In this document: positions 7,530 to 17,199 of the stretch, in pieces
How positions within the stretch are numbered: the first letter of the stretch is position 1
How the letters are laid out: every line of letters begins with the position of its first letter
Origin: Thiomargarita sp.
Lineage (GTDB): Bacteria; Pseudomonadota; Gammaproteobacteria; Beggiatoales; Beggiatoaceae
Direction: 5' to 3'
Length of the DNA stretch: 34,349 nucleotides
Assembly: GCA_030635005.1 (NCBI GenBank)
Contig: DAOVZS010000001.1
Coordinates: 1 to 34,349 of the forward strand
The notes under the pieces: model-generated
The model's input: the letters and a program-made list of their open reading frames with translations, nothing else
Told to the model about the DNA's origin: nothing
Databases searched by the model: none
Made by a program: the position numbers and the translations under genes

Positions 7530-9386
7530 TTACAAATCAGGACCAATATTGATATGTAAACGTAAGGGCGTGCCGACTTCACTTAAAGCAGCAGCGACAT
7601 CAATACGAATCAAACCAATCGGTGACAGCCACCGAATACCCATTCCCCCCCCTTGTTTTAAGGGTTCAGATAAACCATTAAAGGCATTTCCGCCATCCCA
7701 AAATGCTGCAATACTCCATTTTTCTAAATTAAAGAGTTTATACTCATATTCAATACTCCCTACTAATAGATGTTTACCCCCTATCACTTCTTCATCATCA
7801 TTAAGTGGCCCCAGTGCTTGATAATCATAGCCGCGGACACTACGATCTCCCCCTGCAAAAAAACGTATTGAAGGGGGTAATTCATGAAAATTTCCATCTA
7901 ATAAAGAAATATCACTATACCCCCCCTCTCCCCGTAAAATTAAACGTCCTTTTTTTAAGAGTGGAAAAATAAGCGTACCATTGAGACGAGTTTGCCAAAA
8001 TGATGTATTAGACACCACTTCACTGAGTGCTCCGCGAAATTCCAATTGTATTTTATATCCCTGTTTGGTATAAATACGATCATCCGCTTTCATATAAGAC
8101 CAACTAATACTGGGCATTAATAATCTCGAATGTCCTGAATCGCTACCGACATTATATCTATCATCGCGGTATTCTAATCCAATAATTTCATTGATGTTAC
8201 TGCCCAAAAAAAATCTGGGTTGATGTTTACGAATACCTAGTAATAAGAGTTTACTGTCACTGGTGTCTGGACTTTCATCCTTATACCCCGCTGTGATGTT
8301 AATAAATTCTCCAATATGTTCTCCCATTGGAATTGTGTAACGTACTGTTGTACTTTCACGTATTTCTGATGCTTCAACATCTGAAGAGATGCTATGTCCG
8401 TAACGATTAGCATATCGTCGTTCCCATCCTAAGCCTCCGCGTACCCCGGTATCTGTCCCATATCCAATACTTGCACTATATTTATTAGGTTTACGTGGTT
8501 TTAAAAGCACGACTACTGGTAAATGAACATCAGAGGAGTCAGTCGAATGCGGCATATCAATTTTTACATTTTCAAAATAATCACTGTTCAATAAGGCATT
8601 TTTAAACGCTAATAAAGCATGCCCTGTATAAAAATCTCCCGCTTTAAAACTTAAAAACCGTTTTAAGACTGATGTTTCAAATATATTTTGTTGAAAAGTG
8701 ACTACTCCAAAACGATAACGTGGTCCACTATCAAAATATAAACGAATGGTGACAGCATACGCCTGTTCATCAATTTCAATGCTATGTTTGTTGAATTTTG
8801 CATCAAAATAGCCTCGTTCTTCAGCTAATTGACTTAAAATGGTCTTAGATTGCTCATAATTCGGATGATTCAGTACGTCGCCTACTTTCTGCGGAAAGTC
8901 TGCGAGTAGCTTTGTAAACGCTTGATCGTCTTCAGCTTCCCCATTAATTTGAATATCAAGAGCCTGTATTCTTATGGCTTCTCCTAATGTAATACTATAA
9001 TGTGCTAGCCATGCATCGTTTTCTTCAGAAGGAGGCGTCAATTGGCTACTGACTTCAACACGATAATACCCAAAAGGTTGTAAAGATTTTTTAATTTCAG
9101 CAACTGCTTGTTTATGTAAACGTTTAATACGACGCTTTGATAAACGTGGATGTGTTTTTTGCTGTTCAAGCGTGATATAAGGAAGTACATTTCCATGTAA
9201 TTGTAAAATATGACTATATAAAACACCTGAATCTGTTATTTGTTGCTCTAAACTGAAATAAGTCTGTACATTATCGAGGAAATCGTTTTTAACCCCTTCA
9301 ATTTCAATTTCAATGTCTACTGTTTGAGCAGATAACTTAAAACTGAGTAAGATTAACAGGATAAAGAATAGGGATTTATTCAGCAT
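7530..9386 (-). CDS. tamA: TamA-like Omp85-family outer-membrane protein (POTRA domains + D15 beta-barrel)
   Basis: Signal peptide [25 protein letters not shown]-like N-terminal third, a surface-antigen barrel ([17 protein letters not shown]...) and a TamA-like C-terminal ...INIGPDL. ATG at 9386 is preferred over the TTG at 9392. It overlaps the gltX 3' end by 11 nt. Confidence 0.72.
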   Translation of the reverse strand: MLNKSLFFILLILLSFKLSAQTVDIEIEIEGVKNDFLDNVQTYFSLEQQITDSGVLYSHILQLHGNVLPYITLEQQKTHPRLSKRRIKRLHKQAVAEIKKSLQPFGYYRVEVSSQLTPPSEENDAWLAHYSITLGEAIRIQALDIQINGEAEDDQAFTKLLADFPQKVGDVLNHPNYEQSKTILSQLAEERGYFDAKFNKHSIEIDEQAYAVTIRLYFDSGPRYRFGVVTFQQNIFETSVLKRFLSFKAGDFYTGHALLAFKNALLNSDYFENVKIDMPHSTDSSDVHLPVVVLLKPRKPNKYSASIGYGTDTGVRGGLGWERRYANRYGHSISSDVEASEIRESTTVRYTIPMGEHIGEFINITAGYKDESPDTSDSKLLLLGIRKHQPRFFLGSNINEIIGLEYRDDRYNVGSDSGHSRLLMPSISWSYMKADDRIYTKQGYKIQLEFRGALSEVVSNTSFWQTRLNGTLIFPLLKKGRLILRGEGGYSDISLLDGNFHELPPSIRFFAGGDRSVRGYDYQALGPLNDDEEVIGGKHLLVGSIEYEYKLFNLEKWSIAAFWDGGNAFNGLSEPLKQGGGMGIRWLSPIGLIRIDVAAALSEVGTPLRLHINIGPDL

Positions 9387-10758
9387 GTTCAATTATTTCG
9401 ATAGCACGTTTCAGACGTTCTATTGTACGGGGTTGACCAATTAAATAGCTTGTAGCATCAATGGGTGGAGACACAGCCCCTCCCGTAATCGCGACTCGTA
9501 ACGGTTGTGCAATTTTTCCCAGTTTCAGCTCATACTGTTGGGCGACTACTTGAATAGTGGTATGAATGGTTTCGGCATTCCAGTTACTCAGTGCTTCTAA
9601 TTGCTGACATAATGTTGTCAGTGGGATTAGAATGGCAGGTTTTAAGTGTTTTCGCACCGCTTTGTTATCATACTCAAGGGGCGTACCCAAAAAGTATTGA
9701 CTATTGTGCACCAATTCTTTTAGGGTTTTAGCACGCTCTGCTTGTATTGTCACGATATCAGCTAAAGTAGGTCCTAAAGGATCTGCTTGAATGGGTAATT
9801 GTGCCGCAATCTCTTCAGGTTTGCCTGTTTTAATATAATGTTGGTTTAACCATAATAATTTATCAATATTAAAGGCAGCAGGGGAGCCATGTATCGCATT
9901 GAAGTCAAATAACGTGATCATTTCTTCTAAAGAAAAAATTTCTTGATCACCGTGTGACCATCCTAAACGTACTAAATAATTTAACAAAGCTTCGGGTAAA
10001 TAACCTTCTTCTTTGTAATTCATCACACTCACAGCCCCATGTCGTTTAGACAGGCGTTGTCCATCAGAACCTAAAATCATTGACAAATGGGCATATTGGG
10101 GTACTGTTGCCCCTAAGGCTTGTAATAGATTAATTTGACGGGGTGTGTTATTCAAATGATCATCACCCCGAATCACATGACTAATACGCATATCCCAATC
10201 ATCCACAACAACGGTCAAATGATATGTCGGTGTGCCATCAGCACGTGCAATAATGAGGTCATCAAGTTCACTATTATTAAATGTGATATTTCCTTTGATT
10301 AAGTCCTTGACGACGACTTGTCCAATTTTTGGATTTTTAAAACGAATAACCCCAGTTTTATCAGAAGAAGGGCTCAGTTCGCGACATTTACCATCATAAC
10401 GAGGTTTTTGTTTGCTAGCCATTTGTCCCACACGTAATTGTTCTAAACGTTCTTTGGAACAATGACAATAATAGGCTTTTTCCTCAGATAATAATTGTTT
10501 AATCACTTGCTGATAACGTTCAAAGCGTTGCGTTTGATAAAATGGGCCTTCATCTGCTTGCAAACCAAGCCAAGCCATCCCTTCAAGAATCGCATCCACT
10601 GAGGCTTGTGTTGAACGTTTACGATCAGTATCTTCAATACGTAAAATAAATTGTCCCCCATGCTTACGGGCATACAGCCATGAAAATAAAGCGGTGCGAA
10701 CGCCGCCAACATGTAAATATCCTGTAGGGCTTGGGGCAAAACGAGTACGAACGGTCAT
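9376..10758 (-). CDS. gltX: glutamate--tRNA ligase
   Basis: [20 protein letters not shown] (HIGH region), ILRIEDTD and the KMSKS-type RLSKRHG. Confidence 0.97.
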   Translation of the reverse strand: MTVRTRFAPSPTGYLHVGGVRTALFSWLYARKHGGQFILRIEDTDRKRSTQASVDAILEGMAWLGLQADEGPFYQTQRFERYQQVIKQLLSEEKAYYCHCSKERLEQLRVGQMASKQKPRYDGKCRELSPSSDKTGVIRFKNPKIGQVVVKDLIKGNITFNNSELDDLIIARADGTPTYHLTVVVDDWDMRISHVIRGDDHLNNTPRQINLLQALGATVPQYAHLSMILGSDGQRLSKRHGAVSVMNYKEEGYLPEALLNYLVRLGWSHGDQEIFSLEEMITLFDFNAIHGSPAAFNIDKLLWLNQHYIKTGKPEEIAAQLPIQADPLGPTLADIVTIQAERAKTLKELVHNSQYFLGTPLEYDNKAVRKHLKPAILIPLTTLCQQLEALSNWNAETIHTTIQVVAQQYELKLGKIAQPLRVAITGGAVSPPIDATSYLIGQPRTIERLKRAIEIIEHAE

Positions 10759-10860
10759 ATTAAAGGTTTACACGTGTTCACAAAAGTTAATAAATAGTAT
10801 TTTTTATATTAAATAGAACAATATGATAAGTCAAGAGGCGACCTGTCTATATTGAATCCT

Positions 10861-11871
10861 TTATTTAAGCGTACGTGTATGCCACAATAAACTGGTCATA
10901 ATAATGGCAGAAGCAATACACCAAAGACACGTTGCTCCAATAACAAAAGGTTCTAAAAACGTTAAGTAAATTGAAAATAAAGTGCCTGTGAGGCTTAAAC
11001 CAAACACAGTGACACGAGCGATGTGTGCTATTTTTTTTGCAGCATATTGACCTATAATCCAAGTCAATAACATGACGATATAAATGATAACACCCAGTAT
11101 CCCAATCGGTAATATGCCAAATAAACGTGCATATTCACTTTGTTGTACGGTATTACAATCTCCTATCGGACCACATACCGCAGTCACATGGTATATTTCT
11201 ATATAAGCTAAATAACTAGAAACAATTAAACCCAATAGGCATAATAAAGGCACAATTTTGGTTGGCGTGTGTTTGGAATTGGGTTGAAAACGTATCAATG
11301 TATGTAACATCACGAAAATCATACCGATTAACACAATAATAGCTAATCCATTACCCAAAGGATCACGTGCTAATTTTTCACTGAGACTGAGTTCAATAAC
11401 AGGGCTGTGTGCAGTCCGACTTGCTTGCACTGCCTCACTATTAGTGGGGGAATTTGTATGCATCATCATGTCATACATTCCGGGAATATCGGGCCAATCT
11501 ACTCCCCCTTGTGCTAAAAACGTCTCAATTAATTGTGGGAAATTATTAGGAATATCAGCACCGCCGATTAAGATTTCGGTACCTACAATCAGGGTCGGTA
11601 CACCTGATTCTTTTTTAGGAATTTTAAAATGCTTGAGTGCTGCTTTATACAAAGCGTTGCCGTGGGCTTCTTGAATATTAACCGGTAAAATACGTAACTG
11701 TTCACCATATTTTTTTAAAATAGGTGGCAAATCTTCAGTCACAAACGTGTGACAATGGGAACAACTTGGAGAATAAAACAGTACTGCATGTACGATAGGT
11801 TCGCCAGCATTCGCCGGGAAAAACTGTCCCATCATAAACAGTACTAATATCAAACTCTTGTGATTTTTCAA
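10861..11871 (-). CDS. thioredoxin-like (CxxC) domain fused to vitamin K epoxide reductase (VKOR) family membrane domain
   Basis: The N-terminal periplasmic Trx-like part has SPSCSHCH. The C-terminal VKOR part has the loop cysteines CGPIGDC and the TM CxxC (GATCLWC). TTG start at 11871 is preferred: GGAG lies 9 nt upstream, it gives the signal peptide KNHKSLILVLFMMGQFFPANA, and it avoids overlap with gspL. The alternative ATG is at 11940. Confidence 0.78.
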   Translation of the reverse strand: MKNHKSLILVLFMMGQFFPANAGEPIVHAVLFYSPSCSHCHTFVTEDLPPILKKYGEQLRILPVNIQEAHGNALYKAALKHFKIPKKESGVPTLIVGTEILIGGADIPNNFPQLIETFLAQGGVDWPDIPGMYDMMMHTNSPTNSEAVQASRTAHSPVIELSLSEKLARDPLGNGLAIIVLIGMIFVMLHTLIRFQPNSKHTPTKIVPLLCLLGLIVSSYLAYIEIYHVTAVCGPIGDCNTVQQSEYARLFGILPIGILGVIIYIVMLLTWIIGQYAAKKIAHIARVTVFGLSLTGTLFSIYLTFLEPFVIGATCLWCIASAIIMTSLLWHTRTLK

Positions 11872-11908
11872 TTTTTTAAACTCCGATTCTCTTTGTTTGG
11901 TAAGAGTA

Positions 11909-13078
11909 TTAATGATTGCGAATCCGTAAACGACTTTCAACTAACTGATTACGGCTGATAGCAGATTGTATCTCTACTTTAACAGTGCGACTGAGACGTT
12001 GCTTTAAACGTTCTAATGATTGCAAGTTCCCTATTTCTAATTCTATATCTAAACGTTTTTGACGATAATCAATACGTTTAATATTAACACCCGGTGTTTG
12101 AGCAAAGGGTGTACTGATCTTATTTAAAAGTGACAAAAAATGTTCATTTTGTCCCATTTTTCCTTGTTTAGCACGTAACGCATGTAAGCGTTGTTCCATT
12201 TGTACACGTGGATTGACAATTTTACGTGCTTTGGGAAAGGTCGTTCGGTATACGTTTTCAATCTGTGCCTTTAAGGTGAGACGTTGTTGGCTTAATTGTT
12301 GATATTCTATCCCTTGTTTAACAATATATAGGCCTGCTAACATGAATAATAATACTGCGGTTAATCGCCAAGGACGTATGAAGTTGACGAGTTTATTTTG
12401 AGTACGATACACGCCTTGCAATAAATTTAAAGGTTTATTATCAATAATACCTTGTACCATACATGCTAATAGGGTGTGATCATTTATTGTAAGTGTGACT
12501 GGAATATCAAACATCGCTTTTGTATTATTATAAACTATGATGTGTTTAGGTGGATTATCTGTCAACATAGTGTTTAAACAATCGGATTCAATTGTAAAAC
12601 CTGCATATTCCCCTGTACGTACTAATACCATTTTATTCAGATATAATATTCCCCAAGTATCAACCGGTGGTTTAGGCACTGCTAAAAAATCAGGCATGAT
12701 AACTGTCGGTGTTATTTCTGCTGTATTTAAATGGGCAATGTAAGCTGACATTTGTGTATGGGCAATCACAGCAACATTAATGATATCTGATGTCCAATCC
12801 CCAAGTGCAAAATGCATCTTATCAATATCTTCTATCAATTGTTCTTCTAGCACATAAGGAATCGCTTGGATCTTCTGTTGTCGCTTTTTGCTTGGGATAT
12901 TGGCTTGTGTGACAAGCACATCCATTCCAGGTATTAATACGATTATATTCTTGTGTTCGTGGGGTATGCTTTCTAAAGAAACATGTGTGGCACTGTTGAT
13001 CAGAACGCCATTCGTCTTAAAGGTAGCCCAACTGGCTTGTTGATCAGCATGTAAAAGGATGAGCAAGGATGCGTGCAT
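11909..13078 (-). CDS. gspL: type II secretion system protein GspL
   Basis: N-terminal cytoplasmic domain with VLIPGMDVLVTQANIP...AIPYVLEEQLIEDIDKMHFAL (the GspL signature). A single TM helix (WRLTAVLLFMLAGLYIV) and a periplasmic C-terminal domain. Confidence 0.8.
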   Translation of the reverse strand: MHASLLILLHADQQASWATFKTNGVLINSATHVSLESIPHEHKNIIVLIPGMDVLVTQANIPSKKRQQKIQAIPYVLEEQLIEDIDKMHFALGDWTSDIINVAVIAHTQMSAYIAHLNTAEITPTVIMPDFLAVPKPPVDTWGILYLNKMVLVRTGEYAGFTIESDCLNTMLTDNPPKHIIVYNNTKAMFDIPVTLTINDHTLLACMVQGIIDNKPLNLLQGVYRTQNKLVNFIRPWRLTAVLLFMLAGLYIVKQGIEYQQLSQQRLTLKAQIENVYRTTFPKARKIVNPRVQMEQRLHALRAKQGKMGQNEHFLSLLNKISTPFAQTPGVNIKRIDYRQKRLDIELEIGNLQSLERLKQRLSRTVKVEIQSAISRNQLVESRLRIRNH

Positions 13079-13090
13079 AATAGAAGTGTC

Positions 13091-13110
13091 ATCTCAGGAA
13101 ACCCTGAGAT
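13091..13110 (-). other. 8-bp perfect hairpin between the DUF2892 gene stop and the gspL start
   Basis: ATCTCAGG-aaac-CCTGAGAT. No U-tract. Function unknown (weak terminator or processing site?). Confidence 0.25.
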
Positions 13111-13127
13111 TGAAATAGTAGTGGTGC

Positions 13128-13322
13128 TTAGTTTGCTTTTGTTTTGCAAGTTGTTGAAAATCCAAAGGGGAAATAGGCAGGACAAAACCCAAAAGCTGCT
13201 GTAAATACAGGCATTAAACCAATCAATCCCCACCAATTTTGATAATACATTCCTGCACCAAACATACCCATTCCAATAATAATGCGTATAATTCTATCTA
13301 TAGTACCCACATTGACTATCAT
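13128..13322 (-). CDS. DUF2892 (YgaP-like) small membrane protein
   Basis: NVGTIDRIIRIIIG....GLIGLMPVFTAAFGFCPAY matches the DUF2892 pattern (DR..R..G / G.CP.Y). Confidence 0.7.
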   Translation of the reverse strand: MIVNVGTIDRIIRIIIGMGMFGAGMYYQNWWGLIGLMPVFTAAFGFCPAYFPFGFSTTCKTKAN

Positions 13323-13420
13323 AATAATGATTACCTTATATTTAATCTTTTGTGAAAATAAAGTATACTTATTATAGCAAATTACAATATTTTATATGTT
13401 AGTAGGAGAAAAAAGAAGAG

Positions 13421-13834
13421 ATGTCTCATAAACAACAAGGCTTTAGCTTGATGGAGCTATTGATAGTCATGGTGATTTTGGGTATGTTAGCTGCAATAGT
13501 AGGGCCCACATTATTCAAGCAATTAGGGAAGGCAGAAACAAAAACTGCAATCACACAAATGTCTTTATTTGAAACAGCGTTAGATACTTATCGCTTGGAT
13601 ATATTTAAATATCCCAAAAGTCTGGAAGGCTTAGTTAAGAATATCTCAAATGATCCTAGATGGGATGGACCTTATTTGACAAAAGGTCTTCCCAAAGATC
13701 CGTGGGGTAATATGTATCAATATAAAAAACCGGGGAGTGATGGACGTAAATATGATCTCTATTCCTTTGGTGCAGATGGTCAAGAGGGCGGTGAAAAAGA
13801 TAATGCAGATATTCTCAATTGGCAAAACTCATAA
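13421..13834 (+). CDS. gspG: type II secretion major pseudopilin GspG
   Basis: Prepilin leader MSHKQQG|FSLMELLIV. Conserved DPWGNMYQYKKPG....YDLYSFGADGQEGGEKDNADI. Confidence 0.92.
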   Translation: MSHKQQGFSLMELLIVMVILGMLAAIVGPTLFKQLGKAETKTAITQMSLFETALDTYRLDIFKYPKSLEGLVKNISNDPRWDGPYLTKGLPKDPWGNMYQYKKPGSDGRKYDLYSFGADGQEGGEKDNADILNWQNS

Positions 13835-14189
13835 TAATAATGCGGGTTTTAGTCTTTTAGAATTACTGGTTGTTTTGGTCATGATTGGCATGTTAGTGAC
13901 ACTAGTTGTGCCACAAATGAGCAGTAGTGATCAAACGATTTTTAAAACACAAGTCCGTAAAGTAATTACTCTTTTGAAAGCGACACGACGTTCTGCTGTT
14001 GTCAATGGTACAGAAAGAATTGCTGTCTTTTCTAAAGGTGACACAGATCTTTATAACATTAAAATCACTTTTTATCCCGAGGGAGGGAGTAGTGGGGGTG
14101 AAATTATTGTCAAACATTTAAAGTATCGCGCTAAAATTACCATTAGTCCCATTACGGGCAAAATTGAGTCTAAAATATTGTATGAATAA
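13803..14189 (+). CDS. gspH: type II secretion minor pseudopilin GspH-like
   Basis: Prepilin motif NNAG|FSLLELLVVLVMIG. GspH/FimT-like body (RRSAVVNGTERIAVF...FYPEGGSSGG). Start at the ATG at 13803 overlaps the gspG end. Short for GspH (128 aa). Confidence 0.62.
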   Translation: MQIFSIGKTHNNNAGFSLLELLVVLVMIGMLVTLVVPQMSSSDQTIFKTQVRKVITLLKATRRSAVVNGTERIAVFSKGDTDLYNIKITFYPEGGSSGGEIIVKHLKYRAKITISPITGKIESKILYE

Positions 14190-14559
14190 ATGCACTGGTT
14201 TTAGCCTACTTGAAGTATTGGTGGCAATGGCGATAGTCAGCATGGTTTTAGGTAATATCTTTGCATTATTGGCGGGAAGTAAACGTTTAGCGTTTGCTGC
14301 CATGAATGATATTGAACAAACTATTTTTTTACGTTCGGCTATCAATGCGGCTCAAATCGAAAAAACACCTGATTATCCAGAATTTCCTGAGCAGTATCAG
14401 AAACGTATCGAATTGCGTATAGACGACACGCCTTTAGAAAAACCAGAACGTCAAACAAATCCTATGCGTTTGGCATTAGAACCTTATACATTGCGTGATC
14501 AGAAAACGGGTTTAGAATGGACGACAGTACGTTTAATAGTACGAGATACCGCACAGTGA
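14182..14559 (+). CDS. gspI: type II secretion minor pseudopilin GspI-like
   Basis: Leader MNKCTG|FSLLEVLVAMAIV. Position after gspH. The start overlaps the gspH stop. Confidence 0.68.
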   Translation: MNKCTGFSLLEVLVAMAIVSMVLGNIFALLAGSKRLAFAAMNDIEQTIFLRSAINAAQIEKTPDYPEFPEQYQKRIELRIDDTPLEKPERQTNPMRLALEPYTLRDQKTGLEWTTVRLIVRDTAQ

Positions 14560-15215
14560 TGATAAACAACAGACGTATCACATCACGTGGATTTACCTTA
14601 TTAGAAATCTTGATTGCACTCACTTTATCAGCAATGATTATGTTGATGTTAGCACTTGGCATGAAAGTTGTATTGAAAGAGTGGACAAGTGCGAGTAATC
14701 AGTTGGATCATAGTATTGATAAGGTGCTGCTGTTATTACAAATTGAACGTGCAATAGAAGGTGCTTTTCCATATACGTATTGGGATCAAGAAGAAAATAA
14801 ACAATATCTTTTTTTTGAAGGCAATGAAAAACAAATGGCTTGGATATCCACTGTGTCACCTGGACGACAAGCAGGGATGATGGCTTGGCACTTATTACCC
14901 AATGCTGCGGATACATCTGGAATAGATCTCCGTATAGTGGCAGCGTGTGCGGGTAATCCTACTGTTCGTTTGAAAAATCATGCGACTACACTCACTGTAT
15001 TACCAGAATATACCGCTTCTTTTGAATATTTGTACCGTGATATACAATTTCAAGAGAAGACAGAATGGTTAAAAACGTGGTCTGCCCAAGAACGGCAAAG
15101 TTTACCTAATGCGATACGCATCACATTTAAACATGAGATCCGAGCCAGTTTGGAACTGATCGCAGTCATTCTAACTGATCGGCATCGAAGAATTCGGCCT
15201 TCTCTCAAACCTTAA
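14559..15215 (+). CDS. gspJ: type II secretion minor pseudopilin GspJ-like
   Basis: Leader MINNRRITSRG|FTLLEILIALTL. ATGA start/stop overlap with gspI. Size and position fit GspJ. Confidence 0.68.
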   Translation: MINNRRITSRGFTLLEILIALTLSAMIMLMLALGMKVVLKEWTSASNQLDHSIDKVLLLLQIERAIEGAFPYTYWDQEENKQYLFFEGNEKQMAWISTVSPGRQAGMMAWHLLPNAADTSGIDLRIVAACAGNPTVRLKNHATTLTVLPEYTASFEYLYRDIQFQEKTEWLKTWSAQERQSLPNAIRITFKHEIRASLELIAVILTDRHRRIRPSLKP

Positions 15216-15562
15216 TCCCATGATCTACGCATATCTTCAATAATATTCACGAGCATATGTTGATAATTTTTGAAGTAGTGTTGGCTATCCTCACTCTTAT
15301 TTTTAATCAATTTTACGCCAATATTGAAGCATTGTTCATCACTTGAACATCTGATGATCAGTCCAGTCAATTCAATTGGGGGAGGAATCAATAAGTGAAT
15401 CATAATTGCAGAATCGATGTCCCATTTTATCTTGGATGTAAAAGCCAGTCCCTCCAAACTCACATCTTTTAATAACATTTTTTCTCTTTTAGAATCAGTG
15501 AGATAATTGATTTCACAAGGGATATTAGTGAGATATCTTGTAAATTTTCGTTCTTCATACAT
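15212..15562 (-). CDS. PilZ domain protein (putative c-di-GMP receptor)
   Basis: RxxxR (ERKFTR) near the N-terminus and D.S..G (DVSLEGLAF). 116 aa, single domain. Confidence 0.7.
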   Translation of the reverse strand: MYEERKFTRYLTNIPCEINYLTDSKREKMLLKDVSLEGLAFTSKIKWDIDSAIMIHLLIPPPIELTGLIIRCSSDEQCFNIGVKLIKNKSEDSQHYFKNYQHMLVNIIEDMRRSWD

Positions 15563-15611
15563 ACTTAAATAAGTGTCCTTTTGATATTGATCATAAGTCT
15601 ATTTTATCACT

Positions 15612-16292
15612 TTACACCCCTATTTTGCATAAAATATTATGTGCATTATTTTTGTCATCATGCAGTTCAAGTATTTTGTGCTGTGAATCCAATAGTTTGG
15701 CTAAGAAAATATTTCTATCAATACAAGTTGCCCCAAGATTTAATTTATAATCCATTTCCATTCCTAAATCCCAAAATAAAAATCCCTTTTTTTGTAATAT
15801 TTTGGCGGTCGCACACAATTGAACCGTTCCCGCTGAATTTCGATGGCTAAAACCTGTCAAACTGGTATAACAAGATCCCACGACATAGCCAATTTCACCT
15901 GCGACCAATTCATCATTTTCCCAAACTTCAAAGGAATGAAATATGGGGTGAGATTGTTTAGAATGAAATAGAGATATAAAGGCGTCTACTAATGGCGGAT
16001 ATAGCCAATTATCCTCATGATAGTTTATAATATGATCTATGCATGCCTCAAAGGCTTGGTCGATGGTAATATCAAACTTGCGCGCACGTCTTTTTGCCGT
16101 TTTAGAGATATGAAGATTTTCAAATTCAAGAATACACCGATTTTGATGCATTTTTAGCAGTAACAGATAGGTATCTTCATATTCAGTGGCCATAGGTATA
16201 AAACCTTTGCGACAGCCTAAGGCAATTAATTCTGGATCAAAATTATATGACCAAAGCATTTCGGAATTTAAAACATTTACGTGCTGTTTCAT
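15612..16292 (-). CDS. leucyl/phenylalanyl-tRNA--protein transferase family protein (divergent Aat)
   Basis: HSFEVWENDELVAGEIGYVVG...SGFSHRNSAG...LGATCIDRNIF parallels E. coli Aat HSIEVWREDELVGGMYGV...SMFSRMENASK...LGACEIPRRDY. The N-terminal part is divergent. Confidence 0.62.
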   Translation of the reverse strand: MKQHVNVLNSEMLWSYNFDPELIALGCRKGFIPMATEYEDTYLLLLKMHQNRCILEFENLHISKTAKRRARKFDITIDQAFEACIDHIINYHEDNWLYPPLVDAFISLFHSKQSHPIFHSFEVWENDELVAGEIGYVVGSCYTSLTGFSHRNSAGTVQLCATAKILQKKGFLFWDLGMEMDYKLNLGATCIDRNIFLAKLLDSQHKILELHDDKNNAHNILCKIGV

Positions 16293-16294
16293 AA

Positions 16295-17149
16295 TTAATA
16301 GATGGCAAACACCCGATATCCCTGTTTTTGTAATAGTGCTAACAAGCCTTTTTCTCCCGGTAAATGTAATGCACCCACTGCAATAAAAGCATTACCTTCT
16401 TGTAAACGGGGAGCCATACGGGCTATCATTCTTATATTACGATCATCCAATATGCGTTTATAAAAAGCATCTGCTAAAGATTTATAGTCACTGCGTTCTT
16501 TCATATATTCGTTCCCTAACGTCAGCAATGCTGTTAAATCACGTGATAAATATAATGTGTGCATTTTATCAAATAAAGCGGGCATTTCATCAACATATTT
16601 CAAGGTATCTTTCAATAATAGGACTTGTTCTGGAATCGTAAATGATTCAAAAACTGATAATTGTTCCTCTATTGTTTCTAAACCATAAAGCGGTATGTGA
16701 TGTTTTTGTGCTTTTTTATATAATAACAAGTCTAAAAATTCTCCTGTTTTAACAGGGGGCACATTGAGCATCATGATGATAGCCCATGGTTTCATTTGTT
16801 TGAGTAGTGGCAGGGGTATATCATGTTGATGCATTGCTGCAATAATTTGCGTAAAAAGGGTTGGTTTAACAAGCTGTTCTAAGGTTTGAGGTTTTGTCAA
16901 CAACATAAGTTGTAGCGATTTCAATATTGTTGACCTATCCATTAAAACTTCTACTGAAACGCTATGCGCTTGTTCAAAACGGGTACGCACGATATTGGGT
17001 AATGTGGTTACCCGAGGATCTTCGGAATGTATTGTCCCAAAAATATAACTGGGGCTATGTCCCGCTTTATCAATTTGCCATAACAAACCTTTTTCTGCAT
17101 AAACACTATTGGCTATAAAACCAATACACAAGATTATCCAGTATTTCAT
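16295..17149 (-). CDS. TraB/GumN family protein (secreted)
   Basis: Signal peptide MKYWIILCIGFIANSVYA. GLLWQIDKAGHSPSYIFGTIHSEDPRV and AVGALHLPGEKGLL motifs. Confidence 0.75.
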   Translation of the reverse strand: MKYWIILCIGFIANSVYAEKGLLWQIDKAGHSPSYIFGTIHSEDPRVTTLPNIVRTRFEQAHSVSVEVLMDRSTILKSLQLMLLTKPQTLEQLVKPTLFTQIIAAMHQHDIPLPLLKQMKPWAIIMMLNVPPVKTGEFLDLLLYKKAQKHHIPLYGLETIEEQLSVFESFTIPEQVLLLKDTLKYVDEMPALFDKMHTLYLSRDLTALLTLGNEYMKERSDYKSLADAFYKRILDDRNIRMIARMAPRLQEGNAFIAVGALHLPGEKGLLALLQKQGYRVFAIY

Positions 17150-17199
17150 ACTTTTTCCTAAAATAGTTTAAAATAACAGTATACTTTATTTTATTGCTT

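Noticed and set aside
9297-9314. A (TTCAAT)x3 hexanucleotide tandem repeat encoding IEIEIE near the TamA N-terminus, and a (TAGTT)x3 repeat at 34260-34274.
   Set aside because: Three copies is too few to argue for functional repeat variation. The repeats are in-frame or non-coding with no obvious consequence.
14657-14671. A sigma54-like element, TGGCAT-N5-TTGT.
   Set aside because: It lies inside the gspJ coding sequence and lacks the conserved GC at -12. No downstream gene would use it.
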